Positions 1 through 12,262 are shown, counted from the first letter of the stretch. The stretch is DNA of 64,000 nt from the human T2T-CHM13v2.0 reference genome, Homo sapiens (GCF_009914755.1 NC_060925.1), one strand, 5' to 3'. Translations and numbers: made by a program. Notes: generated by a model not told the origin, from the sequence alone.

Positions 1-24
1 TTAAGTTGGATCTCAAATGATATG

Positions 25-228
25 TGAACTTGGGAATCAGACACTTTGAGTTCAAATCCTTGCCCTGCTAGTTCAGTGTAATCTTGGGCAAATCACTTAA
101 CATCTTTGTGCTTTAGTTTCCTCTTCTATACAATGAGGATGACTTTTTGTGAAGTTTAAGCGAGTTATATAAGAAAGGAACTTAGAAGAATGCCTGACAC
201 ATAACGAACAATATAAATGTTTGCTCTT
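25..228 (+). mobile_element. MIR SINE
   Basis: gagttcaaatcc...cttgggcaaatcacttaac...agtttcctc...gcttagaagaatgcctgacacata follows the MIR consensus. Confidence 0.85.
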
Positions 229-379
229 ATTTTGGAAGAAGCCAAACTGGATTCCAGAGCTGAAAGTGGCTTCTTCATCTTATCTATAACTTGTGGTTTC
301 TCTCTTAGGAAATATGTGTGTCTTTGTCTGAGAGTGTGGTATTTATTTGCTTTGTTTGTCCGGGCTTCTCGTGCTATGC

Positions 380-850
380 TGTAGAGGGCTGAATAATGCC
401 CCTCCCTCAAGATGTCCACCTTTTAATCCCCAGAACTTGTGAATATTACCTTCCATGGCAAAAAGAACTTTACGGATGTGATTAGGTGAAGGAACTTGAG
501 AGGAGAAGATTATCTAAATTTTTCAGATGAGCCCTAAATGTAATCACGAGTGTCTTTATAGGAGGGAGGTGAGAGAGATTTGATGACAGAAGAGGAAGTA
601 AATGTGACAATGGAGGCAAGAGGGTACAGGGATTTGGGGAAGGGATCATGAGCCAATGAATGCAGACGGCCTCTGGAAGCTAGAAAAGGCAAGGAAACTG
701 ATTCTACTCAAGACCCCCAGAAGGAATCTATTCTGCTGACCCCTTGGCTTTAGCCCAGTGAGACTGATTTTGGATTTCTAACCTTCAAAAATGTAAGACA
801 ATACATTTGTGTGTGGTAATTTATTATATTATCCATGGGAAAATTTAACG
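380..850 (+). mobile_element. MaLR solo LTR, MLT1D-like
   Basis: gaataatgccc...aagatgtccac...gtgaatattaccttccatggcaaaaag...ctggaagctagaaaaggcaaggaaac matches MLT1D. Confidence 0.85.
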
Positions 851-1034
851 TCATGCTATTGAAGGACTCTTCTTTTCTTTTTCTTCTCTGTGTTTGTTAA
901 ATATCCAGAACAGTGTCTAGATTATAGTGTGCTCTACAAAATTTTTTGACCAAATGAATGAAGGAGAATAGAACCAAAATTAAGTATTAAAATTTCTCTC
1001 TAAAAAATACTCTAATGAAAATGGTACAGGTGGG

Positions 1035-1940
1035 AGTTTTGTCTACCTAAAACGCTTGCCTATTCTTTCTTTCTGTGAAATGAATGCTTTCTTTGGGAAT
1101 CTCTTTTCCTATTTCAAGGAGTCCTTGTGGGCATTTTCAATCAAAGTGCTGCTTGATTATACTCTATGTCTTAAGAAGGCCAGAGTTCTTATCAATGACC
1201 AATGCACCTGACCCTTGAACAATACAGAGGTTAGGGGTGATGACTCCTCATGCAGCTGAAAATTTGCGTGTAACTTTAGACTCCCCCAAAACTTAACTGC
1301 TTATAGTCTGCTGTTGACTGGAATCCTTACTGATAACATCATAAATTAACACATATTTTGTATGTTATATGTATTATATAATGTATTCTTATAATAAAGT
1401 AAGCTAGAGAAAAGAAAATCTTATTAAGAAAATCATAAGGAAGAGAAAATGTATTTACTAAGTGAAAGTTATCATCATAAAGGTCTTTATCCTCAACATC
1501 TTCACATGGAGTACGCTGAAGAGGAGGAGGAAGAGGAGGTATTGATCTTGCTGTCTTGGAGGTAGTAGAGCTGGAAGAAAATCTGCCTATAAGTGCACCT
1601 GCACAGTTCAAACCTGTGTTGTTCAAGGATCATTTGTACACACATGTAGGAGGAAAAAAGTTTATATCTGTTAAGATTACTAGACTGTGAGGATAAGGTG
1701 TTGATATCTGTATCAACACATACTGCAATTTTTCAGAGAGGAGGAAGAACTCAGCCAACAGAGAAAAGCAGAGCTGAAAATGGAGCCAGTGTGGGGAAGG
1801 AGAGGAAAGCAAAAAGCCTGGATCCAGCTATGCCTGAAATTAGAGATTCCAGAACTCTCAAACACACGAGTAATAAACATCCCTTTTGTTTATAATATTT
1901 TGAGATGACTGTCATTAATCTTTACCCAAAGAGACCTAAC
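1035..1940 (+). mobile_element. Old MaLR LTR (MLT1J/K/L-like), split by Tigger2a
   Basis: 3' part cctggatccagctatgcctgaa...aataaacatcccc is typical of MLT1J/K/L; the 5' part is degenerate. Confidence 0.55.
1205..1636 (-). mobile_element. Tigger2a (MER28) non-autonomous DNA transposon, full length
   Basis: TIRs cacctgacccttgaacaatac ... gtgttgttcaaggatcatttg, TA at 1637-1638, 432 bp; interior matches Tigger2a. Confidence 0.92.
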
Positions 1941-2239
1941 ATAGAGACTCTTAAACTTCAGGTTATTAAATTTTATCTATAGGATACAGTTAATTGATTG
2001 GATGGCATTTTGAGTTTTCCTATAAATTCTGTGATAAAGCTTGAAGGAGCAAATCGGTTTCGATCAAATTAGTTATTCTACTAAAGACTATCCTTTGACC
2101 TTATCTTGACTCCGTAGGTTTTACAAATGCCAACTTGAAATATAGTGGCATTGGTGAGAGGCTTTCTATTGGGCAGCTCTTCTACCAGTTTGATGGTATT
2201 CAGGTGAAATCTGATCTATTTTTCAGACCCGAGGGAACT

Positions 2240-2385
2240 TCTGCTAAGTGACCTTGAAGAAGTAATTTAACTCTTTTATCTGTAAGGTGGAGAAAATAAT
2301 AATTACCCTCTAAGGTTGTTATCAGGATTAGAGATAATGTACCTGGAGGCCCCTGACATGCAACAGGCTTATAATAAATTATATT
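2240..2385 (+). mobile_element. MIR fragment
   Basis: gtgaccttgaagaagtaatttaac...atctgtaa...ggttgttatcaggatta. Confidence 0.75.
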
Positions 2386-2394
2386 CTTGTTTAT

Positions 2395-2635
2395 AACAAT
2401 AGCAGCTAATATTTAGTGAATATTTAGTATGTGCCAGACACTGAGTTAAGAGCTTTTCATTCAACATTCCATTTCATCTTCATAACAACCTTATGAAAAA
2501 AGACTATTAATATTCTCATATCAGAGATTAGGAACCTGAGGCTTAGAGAAGATAAAGAACTTGCAGAAGGGAATGTAGCTAGGAAAAGTCTGAAGCACAA
2601 TAAAATATCCAGGTGTGCCTGATTCTGGAAGTAGC
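2395..2635 (-). mobile_element. MIR
   Basis: tatgtgccagacactgagttaag...cataacaaccttatga...gaacctgaggcttagaga. Confidence 0.85.
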
Positions 2636-3519
2636 CTCTATAGCCCCTCCAGCCCCTCCTCCTTACTTCCTCTGTGGATGTTAGTTAGCCATTGTTACTA
2701 CAAATATGTATTAATGATAATATTTTTATTGTTGCTGTTTTAAGGCTCTTCATTCCTTACAGAATGCAGATTCTGTGACAGAATTCCTAAGGAGTGGTCT
2801 TTTCTTAGCTGCTATTTTCTACTTTACACTCTGCTTTATGAAATTACACAACCACGAAACATCTCTCCAGTGGTTTATATTAAACAAGGCAAAACAAAAA
2901 GCTGTGCAATAAATGTCTCCATAAGATTAAATACTGTGGTTAAAACTGCCTTCCTTGAATTCAACAGCTTTAGATTACGAGTCACCAGAGAAAGATTCCA
3001 AAGAAACATCTCCATCCGAGTCAGCACTCTCTCCTTTCTTCCCAAAGAAAGACGAATAGCTGTAATAAGGGGACCAAAGAATGCCCCCTCCTAAAACTTC
3101 AGGATTTTACATTTACCATCAAACAGAGTAAGGAAGAGGAAAAAAAATGGTCTCCAATGTTTTGTTTTTGCCCTTGTAAGTCAAAGTATAATGAGTTTAT
3201 AAACAGGAAGCAAAAAAGAACTGCTCTTTTGAACAGTCTAATCATAGATCTATAAAAATGAGGCATTTTGCAGTGAAGTCTCTTGTCCAAATAGAGGAGA
3301 GGCAAATACTGATGTTAAACTGAGATGTATTACAAAGATATGGGGGTGTTACATTTGTTTTTTCTCCAAGAGACATGCAGGACCCAAGCTACTAATCTTT
3401 ATGACTAATGGGGGACTTCAGGTAAAAAGACAAGCAAAGGCAGGCCGACTTTAAATAGAATGCAAATATGGTCAAGTTTCTTTTCTCCTTAAAATGCTCT
3501 CTTGGCTCTGGAAAAACAA

Positions 3520-4155
3520 GACTGTGTAGCATACTGATTAGATGGGCCAACTTTGGGCCCTGTGGTAGTTTTCTAGGGCTGCTATAACGAAGTACCACAA
3601 AGTGAGATTGAAGAGCAGAAATGCATTGTCTCACAGTTATTGGAGGCTAGAAGTCTGAGGTCAAGGTATTGGCAGGGTTGGTTCTTTCAGATGATGGTGA
3701 AGGAGGATCTGTTCCATGCCTCTCTCCTAGTTTCTGGGGGTTTGCAGGAAGTCTGTGATGTTGCTTGGCTTGTAGATCTCCGTCTTTATGTTCACATGGT
3801 GTTCTCCCTGTGTGTGTGTGTTTGTGTCCAAATTTCCCCTTGTGTATAAGGACACAAGTGATATTGGGCTAATTACCTCTGCAACCACCCTACATATATA
3901 TAAGGTCACATTTGAGATCTGATGGTCAGAGCTAGGACTCCAACAAATAAATTGGGAGGCAGGGACACCATTCAACCCTTAACAGGGTTCAATACCTGGT
4001 TTCCATTTAATATGATGTTATTTCAGGCAACTACCTTGCCTTTCTGTGACTTTATTTCTTCATGAATAATACCAGTATGTACAATAATGTGAGGATAAAA
4101 TGAGTTTACATGTTTAGAATAGCGTTTGGTACTGCAAGAGTTTACTGCTATTAGT
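3520..4155 (+). mobile_element. MIR interrupted by MLT1C (pieces ~3520-3560 and ~3984-4155)
   Basis: MIR head tgtgtagcatactgattag precedes the LTR; gggttcaatacctgg...gtgaggataaaatgag resumes right after it. Confidence 0.7.
3561..3983 (-). mobile_element. MaLR solo LTR, MLT1C-like
   Basis: ctagggctgctataac...ggaggctagaagtctgaggtcaagg...ctgttccatgcctctctcctag...ccattcaacccttaaca. Confidence 0.85.
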
Positions 4156-4166
4156 GTTCTTTCCTT

Positions 4167-4372
4167 ATACATATTTTATGGGGTAAAGGTAATATTTCAA
4201 TACTTGTGTACAATGTATAATGATTAAATCAGGGTAATTATCATATCCATCGGCTCAAATACTTATTATTTCTTTGTGTTGAAAACATCCCAAAACTTCT
4301 CTTCTAGCTGTTTGAAAATACATATCAATTATTATTAACCTTAGTCACCTTACAGTGCTGAAGAACACTAGA
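4167..4372 (-). mobile_element. L1MA 3' end fragment
   Basis: caatgtataatgattaaatcagggtaatt...tttctttgtgttgaaaacat...cttctagctg. Confidence 0.8.
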
Positions 4373-4409
4373 GTTCATGTTCTTCATTATGGCCTCTTTG
4401 GTTTGGCTT

Positions 4410-4830
4410 TGCTCACCTCCCCAAATTCATGTCCCACGTTCTCTCCCAACCCAATGAACTTCAGCTGCAGTTAACTGGTGTTCTGCAACCTTCCCTGGAG
4501 TTTGATCCCCACGTGCCTCTGCTGAGTGTTTTCGTCATTGTTCTGCCTGAAAGGTCTTTTGTGTGACTCGGTTTCTGACTTTTAAGATCATGTCGGTGTT
4601 ACTGACCCTGCAAAGGCATTTATCCTCAACGCCCCCAGTCAGATGGTTCATTCTTTTCAGTAAACCAGCAGTTTTATTGAATCTACTATTTCGATAGTAA
4701 TTATGACTTTAGAATCTTTCTCACCTGCTCAATTGTTGATGATAAATAAATACTATGTCTTACTCCCCACATAGCCCATTCTGAGCACAGTGATAGTACA
4801 TAGTATGTGATCACAAATGTATATTACATA
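4410..4830 (+). mobile_element. L2 3' fragment, degenerate
   Basis: Pyrimidine-rich L2-like body ending ctgagcacagtgatagtacatagta. Confidence 0.5.
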
Positions 4831-4889
4831 CACGAGAGAAAATAAACATGATAGATGACTTTTAATAGTATAATGTGATTTTGATAAGC

Positions 4890-5680
4890 ATATTATCATA
4901 GCAGCTACTATTTAAGGTTTACTATGTGCTAGTCATTGGATGAGGCACTTTATATGTGACACTTCATTTAATTTCAGTAATGATCCTATAAGGGATGTAG
5001 GGTATTATTTTCTCTGTTCTACTGATGAGGAATCTAATCTCAGAGTGTTGGATTGTCCAGGACCTTGGTTGTACATAGCTGAAACTCCACTAGAGCCGAC
5101 TGTAGCAAAAAAGGAATTTCTCATGAAACTAAGTACAGAAATGAACCCAGGCCTCTGAAACAGTCAGGGACTATGGCAGGGAATTTTTTTAGGACTCTTG
5201 TCTCTGCTACTCTATGTATCAGCTTCATTTATTCTTCTCTGTAACACACATTAGCGTTTTCTCATCCCCCAGGCCACATGCTGGGGGATAAAACATGCTC
5301 ATAAATAAACACCAGAAAGAAAGTCACTAATCATAATTCACAAGTTTCATTTCTACCCAAGGAGCTGGCAAAATCTGGAATTTCTTAGTTCCATTTGCTA
5401 CAGAAGAAATTATGGTCAGCCAAGCTTGGTCAGGAAATATCTGAACCAATGAATTGTATTGGGGGATGGAGCTGGTGGGTGGTAGAATCATGTACAAAAT
5501 TGTTAGTAGGAGCTATTGGAAGAGTTAGTACCCAGACAGTTATAGGGTACAGGAACCCAATAGAGGTTAACCTGATAGGAGGTTGAATAACTTGCCCAAG
5601 ATCTTACTGCAAATAAATGGTAGTGCAATGATTCAAATTCACATATGCCTGACTCTAAAGCGTCTCCTTGGAGCATTATG
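4890..5680 (-). mobile_element. MIR split by an old MaLR LTR (MLT1K/L-like, ~5046-5560)
   Basis: MIR stops at gaggaatctaatctcagag and resumes at aggttgaataacttgcccaag; the insert has ctcttgtctctgct...agcttcatt and ccaagcttggtcagg. Confidence 0.65.
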
Positions 5681-5873
5681 TTTTAAAATTCTATAGTATA
5701 ATAATAGTGGCCTGGAAAATGTGGTTGTAATAAAGTTCAAGAGAATGACCACAGAGCAGAAGTTCTAACCACATAAAGACCATCTGGCCACCTCTGCCAT
5801 TAGCTTACCCTGCTCTAGATTATTAAGAACTTTACCTGCCTTTAAGTTTTAACATCTGTGAATAGAACTACAG

Positions 5874-6235
5874 TGCTATATACTGAATGTATTCCCCCAA
5901 ATTTATATGTTGAAATCCTAACCCCCAAGGTGATGGTATTAGGAGATGGGACCTTTGGGAGGAGGTTAGTTCATGAGGGCAGGGCCCTCATGAATGGGTT
6001 TAGAGTCCTTATAAAAGACACTTCAGAGTGCTCTCTTGCCTGTTCCACCATGGGAAAATACAGCAAGAAGAAGACTGTCTATGAACCAGGAAACAGGCCT
6101 TCTTCAGGCACTGAATCTGCTGCACTTTGATCTTGGACTTCCCGGTCTCCAGAACCATGAGAAATAAATTTCTGTTGTTTATAACCCACCCAGTATATGG
6201 TATATTTATTATAGTAGTCTGAGCAGATTAAGACA
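5874..6235 (+). mobile_element. MaLR solo LTR, MLT1A/MLT1A0
   Basis: tgctatatactgaatg...gttgaaatcctaacccccaaggtgatggtattagg...ttgatcttggacttcc...aataaatttctgttg...attaagaca; TG..CA ends. Confidence 0.9.
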
Positions 6236-6357
6236 GAGAATCTCAAGGTTGAAATACACCTCACAAGTTATCGGGTCTGGCCATTCTTCTACCCAGCCAG
6301 GTGGAGCATTAATATTCCTTATAACATTCTATCCCAGTGATGCTGAAGGCCTGTGGC

Positions 6358-6855
6358 TGTATGGTAGAAGAATTAAGAATGCTGATTCTGAGGCTAGAAG
6401 GTTTGGATTCAAATCTTTGCTCTGCTAATTATTACCTTGATGTACTTGGGCAATGAGCTTAGCATTTATGCTTTAGTACCTTAATCTATAAACCAAGTAT
6501 AATAACAGCAATATCATTCTTTTTTAAAGCAATATTTATAGTGCATTTATCATGTACAAGCCTTCTTCTAAGTATTTTTTATTTATCAACACATTTATTA
6601 TCATAATAGGTAGGGAGTATTATTTTTAATTAAGGAAACTGAGTCAGAGACAAGTCAAGTGCCTTGTCCAAGATTTCAGGTAGTGATGGGGCTGGAATTA
6701 AAACATATGCAGTCTGGCTACAGACCTTATGCATTATCCACCACGTGATACCATCTCCCTGCTGCTCTTGGAAATAGCAAGTGATGTAACATACATAAAG
6801 CAGTTAGCACAGGTCCTGGTACACTCTACATTCCCAATAACTGTTAGTGCTGCTG
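6358..6855 (+). mobile_element. MIR (+) containing an antisense MIR at ~6525-6750
   Basis: MIR 5' half 6358-6512, reverse MIR core ggaaactgagtcagaga, then MIR tail taaagcagttagcacagg. Confidence 0.7.
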
Positions 6856-7189
6856 ATACTCTTCTTTCAGTTCCAATTTTCTTACCACCAGCCCCTAAGC
6901 CTAAGGGCCATAAAATCCCCATTTCCTAAATGCTTGTGGGACAAGAAGAAAGCCTGCTCTACTTCCTGATACTGCTTCATGGCCTAGAAGACGGGCCTTG
7001 TGTATATGCAGGACTTTTCAATGCCTGATATCCCCACCCACTAATAAACATGGCCTGGTTAGGATAATGCTCTCCCTTTTTTAAAAGGGGAAGAAAAAAT
7101 GATTGAGTAAAGGAATGCTTCTTGACACCCCCAAGTGGCCCAAATTGATTTTATGATAAAACTTACTAAATTCATAATACTGGTACCTC

Positions 7190-7680
7190 TACATCTATCA
7201 AATATTTATTGAATGTAATTTTAAGGCACCATGGTGAGTTGTTGAGGATACAATGATGAATCAGATTCAAATGCCCCTCTAAAGATTACCAGCCGGAGGG
7301 AAAAAACATGCTCATAAATAATCATTAGATACAACATAAAGTAAGGAAGAGTAACAAAAAATAAATATGAAAATTCAAAGGAAAGAGAAATTACTTCATA
7401 ATTGTAGGATTAGGAAAGACTTCTTTGTAGAGTTAACAGATGAGTTGAATCTTTAAAAGACATGTAGTAATTGACATATGAGAAGGGAAGATAATACACT
7501 AAGCAGGGGAATAACATTAAGTGGAGACATAGAAAAGCAAGAAATGGGATGTGGCCAAGGAATCACATCTAGGTTCATTTGGAGAATTCAGAAGACAAAA
7601 TTGCTAAAGTAGGTTTGGGCCAGATTGTAGAGTTTGAGTATCAGATGACAATGCATATGTTACTTTTGACTACAACAGAG
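7190..7680 (-). mobile_element. L2 (L2c-like) 3' region
   Basis: aaatatttattgaatg...gaggatacaatgatgaatcaga...aggaaagacttc...gggccagattgtagag. Confidence 0.75.
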
Positions 7681-7727
7681 AGATGTATGTGTTAACTTAC
7701 AATATGAATGAAATAACCTCATCCATA

Positions 7728-8138
7728 GTGTTAATCAGGAGAGGCCAAGTTACACTGTGTTAACAGACAACACCTACAGCTCCGTGGCTTAAGAAACCAA
7801 AAATGCAATTTTCATTCACACAAATTCTGCTGTGGATTTGGGCAATTCTCCAGGATGATTATCCTCCATGTGTTGGCTCAACAATCTGGTCTCTGTGCAC
7901 CCTACAGCACCTCCCTCTCAACACATGCTACCATGATGCCTGTGGCAAGACAATAAAGTGCTGGAAGGTTACCCACCTGGAATGAAATGCTTTGCCTTAG
8001 GAGAGACACACACATTGTTGCTGCATGCAGTCCATTGGCCTGAATCAATGACAGCCCTATACCTTAAAAAGGGCACAGTCTCCCTGTGCCTGAAAAGAGA
8101 GAAGTGGATAATAATGAGCCCTAGTAATGTTAACCACA
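7728..8138 (-). mobile_element. MaLR solo LTR, MLT1I-like
   Basis: aggccaagttacactgtgttaacagacaac...gtggcttaa...ccattggcctgaatc...taatgttaaccaca. Confidence 0.75.
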
Positions 8139-8435
8139 CCCACACTTGCAGAAAATTCACTATGATTCAGAACAAGTTTATATTTACAAACAAAATACAG
8201 ATATGCATGATTGCTGATATATTATTAACAGAAATTTTCCCATCTGTTGCATTTACCACTTTCAAATAAAGAAAACGTTGTTTACAGTTGATCCACCCAC
8301 AATACATGTGGAAGAAAGATACCTACTTATTTCCATAATCTGCCTGTTATTATCTCTAGAATAGCATAAACTGGTGTATGTCAAGTGTGACATAGGCTTT
8401 GTTGACATGCAGCTGACATGACATTTGGCTTCAGC

Positions 8436-8515
8436 TGCACACTGCAGTCCAACCATGACAGTTTACCCTCCTTGTTGCACACTGCAGTCCAACCATGACA
8501 GTTTACCCTCCTTGT
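8436..8515. repeat. Perfect 40-bp tandem duplication
   Basis: tgcacactgcagtccaaccatgacagtttaccctccttgt occurs at 8436-8475 and 8476-8515, identical. Confidence 0.97.
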
Positions 8516-8654
8516 TAGAATGTGATGAGAGAGGAACCCATGCTTACAGAATGAAGCACAACTACGTAATGGGTATACATACAGTCTTCCATATATGATA
8601 CATTGTTCCATGGTCTCAAAATAGCTGAATTTTACATAGAGTGGAATGTAGAGC

Positions 8655-8800
8655 TCATAGAATTTAATCAAAAGTGCCTAAACTTTGGAGTCAGCAATGA
8701 GTTAGACTCCTAAAACTACGGACTAATTGCCTGTGACATTGAGCCTCAGTTTCTGCATTTTTAAAATGACATTGATAGCAGAGTTGTAGCAACATGTATT
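8655..8800 (+). mobile_element. MIR fragment
   Basis: actttggagtcag...gagcctcagtttctgcatttttaaaatg. Confidence 0.65.
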
Positions 8801-8861
8801 AATGATAATAGCTAAAGTTAATTGGGAGTCTGGTGTCTGCCAAGCACCCACCCACTTTGTT

Positions 8862-8922
8862 TCCTCCCTCCCTCCCTCCCTCCCTCCCTCCCTTCCTTCC
8901 TTCCTTCCTCCCTCCCTCTCTC
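8862..8922. repeat. (CCCT)n/(CCTT)n microsatellite
   Basis: Direct reading. Confidence 0.9.
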
Positions 8923-9779
8923 TGTCAGTGGATCTGTCCTCTATTTATCTAATCTATGTAAATCATCAACAGGTATAAGAAAGTGTAGTTAATTCAATTC
9001 ACATGTAGTAGGAGGGGGCATTCCAGTTTGATCCTAAACTAGGATTTACATGTATCTGATAAATTGAACTGGTAAGTAAAGCCTTAGGGAGCGGATTTAT
9101 ATGAGGGATTTTTTTTTCTGGGGGTGGAAAAGGGTTGTTGAAGGAGAAAAATAATGTGGTTTTATGTGGTATCTAGGACAGAGTCTGCAAAAGGTTGGAC
9201 ATTAGAGTGTTTATCTGAAATTTAGGTATCCTGCTCATGTACCCCAGTCTATTCTATACACAGCTACAAGTGGATGATAAAGGAGTGATGTGCGGAGACT
9301 CTGAGACACGAGAACACAAGCAGCACCTGTTTGGTGAACAGGTGACAGAGTTACATAAAAGGGAAAAGCAAAGGTGTCTCCCATTCTTTGGCATAAAGCC
9401 CAGTGTGGCCTCAACACTGTGAGAATCATAAGGAGTGCAGGTCTGTTGTAGTCTCTTGAGGGTTTGATGCTTTGAGCACTTTGGACCATAGCATCCTTGG
9501 CAGGTAATTATAATAACATCCTACTGGAGAACACCCTCAAAGTGTTATTCTCAAGTGGCTTCCATGATATTCCCAAGGGAGAAAAAAAAATTCAACCAAA
9601 GTACAGTGTTGGTGTGTTGATGAGAATGCATGGAATATCCACTGGTATGCTTTGAAATTTATGGGTGACTATGTTGTTAATATCAGATCCATCGATTTTC
9701 ACTCAGGGCCTGATATGGAGCTCAGAAAATGTTATATTAAAGAACGAAATAGAATGAATAATTGCCCAAATCCTCAAGT

Positions 9780-9990
9780 TACAGTGGTGCTTCTTGGTGG
9801 AGGTAGTACTGGCATTCTAGGTGGGACATGCTTCATTTTGCAGGACTGTCAAGAACATTGCAGGACATTTGGCAACCCCAGCCCTTGGAAATGAATGCCA
9901 AGAGTGCACTCCATTCATTCATTGTGGCTATCAAAACACATCTCCTTCTTTCAAATGCTCCTTGTCGGGATGCTACTGTGTTGAGATGAA
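9780..9990 (-). mobile_element. hAT-Charlie MITE, MER20-like
   Basis: ggactgtc...cattgcaggacatttggcaacc...atgcca...ttgtggctatcaaaa...caaatg...gttgaga resembles the reverse of MER20. Confidence 0.6.
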
Positions 9991-10175
9991 AAATTATTAA
10001 TCTGATGGGACTAAACATTTCTGTGCTGCCTTGGAACCAGTATTTCTATAGGAAGCCATAAAGCCTCAGTAGAATGGGATCTTTCTCCCACTTTATATGC
10101 TGAGCACAATGAGGCTGTGGTTTTCTCTTTTTGCCTTTGCTTACTGCTCTTAAAATCTCATAAAAAGAAGTTCCA

Positions 10176-10670
10176 TTTCCTAAATGCCCGTCAACCAATG
10201 GGTGGATAAATAGATTGTGAGATATATATATATATATATCTACCAGATATATATATATATATCTACCAGATATATATATATATATATCTACCAGATATAT
10301 ATATATATATATCTACCAGATATATATATATATATATCTACCAGATATATATATATATATATCTACCAGATATATATATATATATCTACCAGATATATAT
10401 ATATATATCTACCAGATATATATATATATATATCTACCAGATATATATATATATATATCTACCAGATATATATATATATATCTACCAGATATATATATAT
10501 ATATATCTACCAGATATATATATATATCTACCAGATATATATATATATATATCTACCAGATATATATATATATATATATATACACACACCAGGTATATAT
10601 ATATATACCAGGTATATATATATATACCAGATATATATACACACACACACCAGGTATATATATATCTACC

Positions 10671-10714
<44 letters not shown>

Positions 10715-10744
10715 ACCAGATATATATATATATATATATCTACC

Positions 10745-10790
<46 letters not shown>

Positions 10791-11145
10791 ACCAGATAGA
10801 TATATATATACCTGGATGGAGTTGAAGACCAGTATTCTAAGCGAAGTAACTCAGGAATGGAAAAATCTTACATCATATGTTCTCACTTGTAAGTGGGAGC
10901 TAAGTTATGAGGACTCAAAGGCATAAGAATGATATAATAAACTTGGGGACTTGGGGGGAAGGGTGGGAGGGGGTGAGGGATGAAAGATTACACATTGGGT
11001 ACAGTGTACACTGCTCAGATGATGGATGCACCAAAATCTCAGAAATCACCACTAAAGAACTTATCCACGTGACCAAAAACTACCTGTTCCCCAAAAACTA
11101 TTGAATTAAAAATAAATAAATAACAAAAATTTAAAAAATAATAAG
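10176..11145 (+). mobile_element. 5'-truncated L1PB1-like 3' end with 14-bp TSD
   Basis: gaagtaactcaggaatggaaaa, ggcataagaatgata, tgcaccaaaatctcagaaatcaccactaaagaac; TSD aaaaagaagttcca at 10162-10175 and 11146-11159. Confidence 0.92.
10221..10810. repeat. Compound VNTR [CTACCAGA(TA)n] within the L1PB
   Basis: More than 20 units of ctaccag/accag separated by TA tracts of variable length. Confidence 0.97.
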
Positions 11146-11715
11146 AAAAAGAAGTTCCACTGGACATCCCAGTGTGCTTGTCCAGGGCAATGATTCTCTG
11201 CCAAGATCAACTCAGTGTTTTCCTGAGGAACCCATATTTACTCCGTGACACCACTGATTTCTTGGTCCCTGTTGTCAGAAGACTAGAAGCTTCATTCCAT
11301 TGGATTCCAACTAGTAGAGACTTTGAAACATGGAGTCAAATTGGAGCCAAAATGTCATCTTTATTTATAGCCCAGTAGATATTAAAGATCAGGGCCCTTT
11401 GGCAAAAATAGATTTGGGATCTTTTCTACTTCCTCCAAGTTAGGATTAGGTCCTGACTGTGGGTCTAGCTGATTCTGTAGAGCAGATGCTGAGTACGTGT
11501 ACTTAGCCGGGGGCTTGTTGGGTCACAGGCTAAGTCATCAGCAGAAAGTAATGGGGAAAGAGAGGCTGTTTCCCTTTAATGTTGGGCCATTCTCCTTGTG
11601 AAAACAGGTCCAAATCTACATCAGTTTTCAGGATTAGCATTAACTGCACCTCCTGCTGGGGCGACCTGAGTAAGGGGTAGAAAGGAGTGGAAATTATTTT
11701 CTTCATGATCTGAGG

Positions 11716-12262
11716 TGTGATGGTTAATATTGAGTGTCAACTCAATTGGATTGAGGATGCAGAGTATTGTTCTCCAGTGTGTCTGTGAGGGTGTTGCCCA
11801 AAGAGATTAACATTTGAGTCAGTGGACTGGGAGAGCCAGACCCACCCTCAATCTGGGTGGGCACCATCTAATTAGCTGCCAGTGCAGCTAGAATAAAAGC
11901 AGACAGAAGAACATGGAAAGACTAGACTGGCTGAGGCTTCCGGCCTTCATCTTTCTTCCATGCTGAATGCTTCCTGCCCTCTAACATCAGACTCCAAGTT
12001 CTTCAGCTTTTGGACTCTTGGACTTACACCAGGGGTTTGCCAGGGGCTCTCAGGCCTTTGGCCACAGACTGAAGGCTGCACTGTCAGCTTCCCTGAGGTG
12101 TTGGGACTCACACTGGCTTCCTTGTACCTCAGCTTGAAGATGGCCTATTGTGGGACTTCACCTTGTGATTATGTGAGTCAATACTCCTTAATAAACTCCC
12201 TTTCATATATACATCTATCCTATTAGTCCTGTCCCTATGGAGAACACTGACTAATAAATACG
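11716..12262 (+). mobile_element. HERV-L solo LTR, MLT2A2
   Basis: tgtgatggttaatattgagtgtcaac...gacccaccctcaatctgggtggg...aataaactccc...; 547 bp; perfect 5-bp TSD tgagg at 11711-11715 and 12263-12267. Confidence 0.92.

Noticed and set aside
5290-7321. Exact 19-mer aaaacatgctcataaataa at ~5290 and ~7303
   Set aside because: AT-rich with unrelated flanks in different repeats; compatible with chance
10221-10810. Regularly spaced CTACCAG repeats resembling a CRISPR array
   Set aside because: The spacers are only (TA)n, the DNA is primate, and there are no cas genes
10217-10825. 202-aa ORF, the longest in the window
   Set aside because: Poly-(IY) translation of the TA-rich VNTR; not a gene
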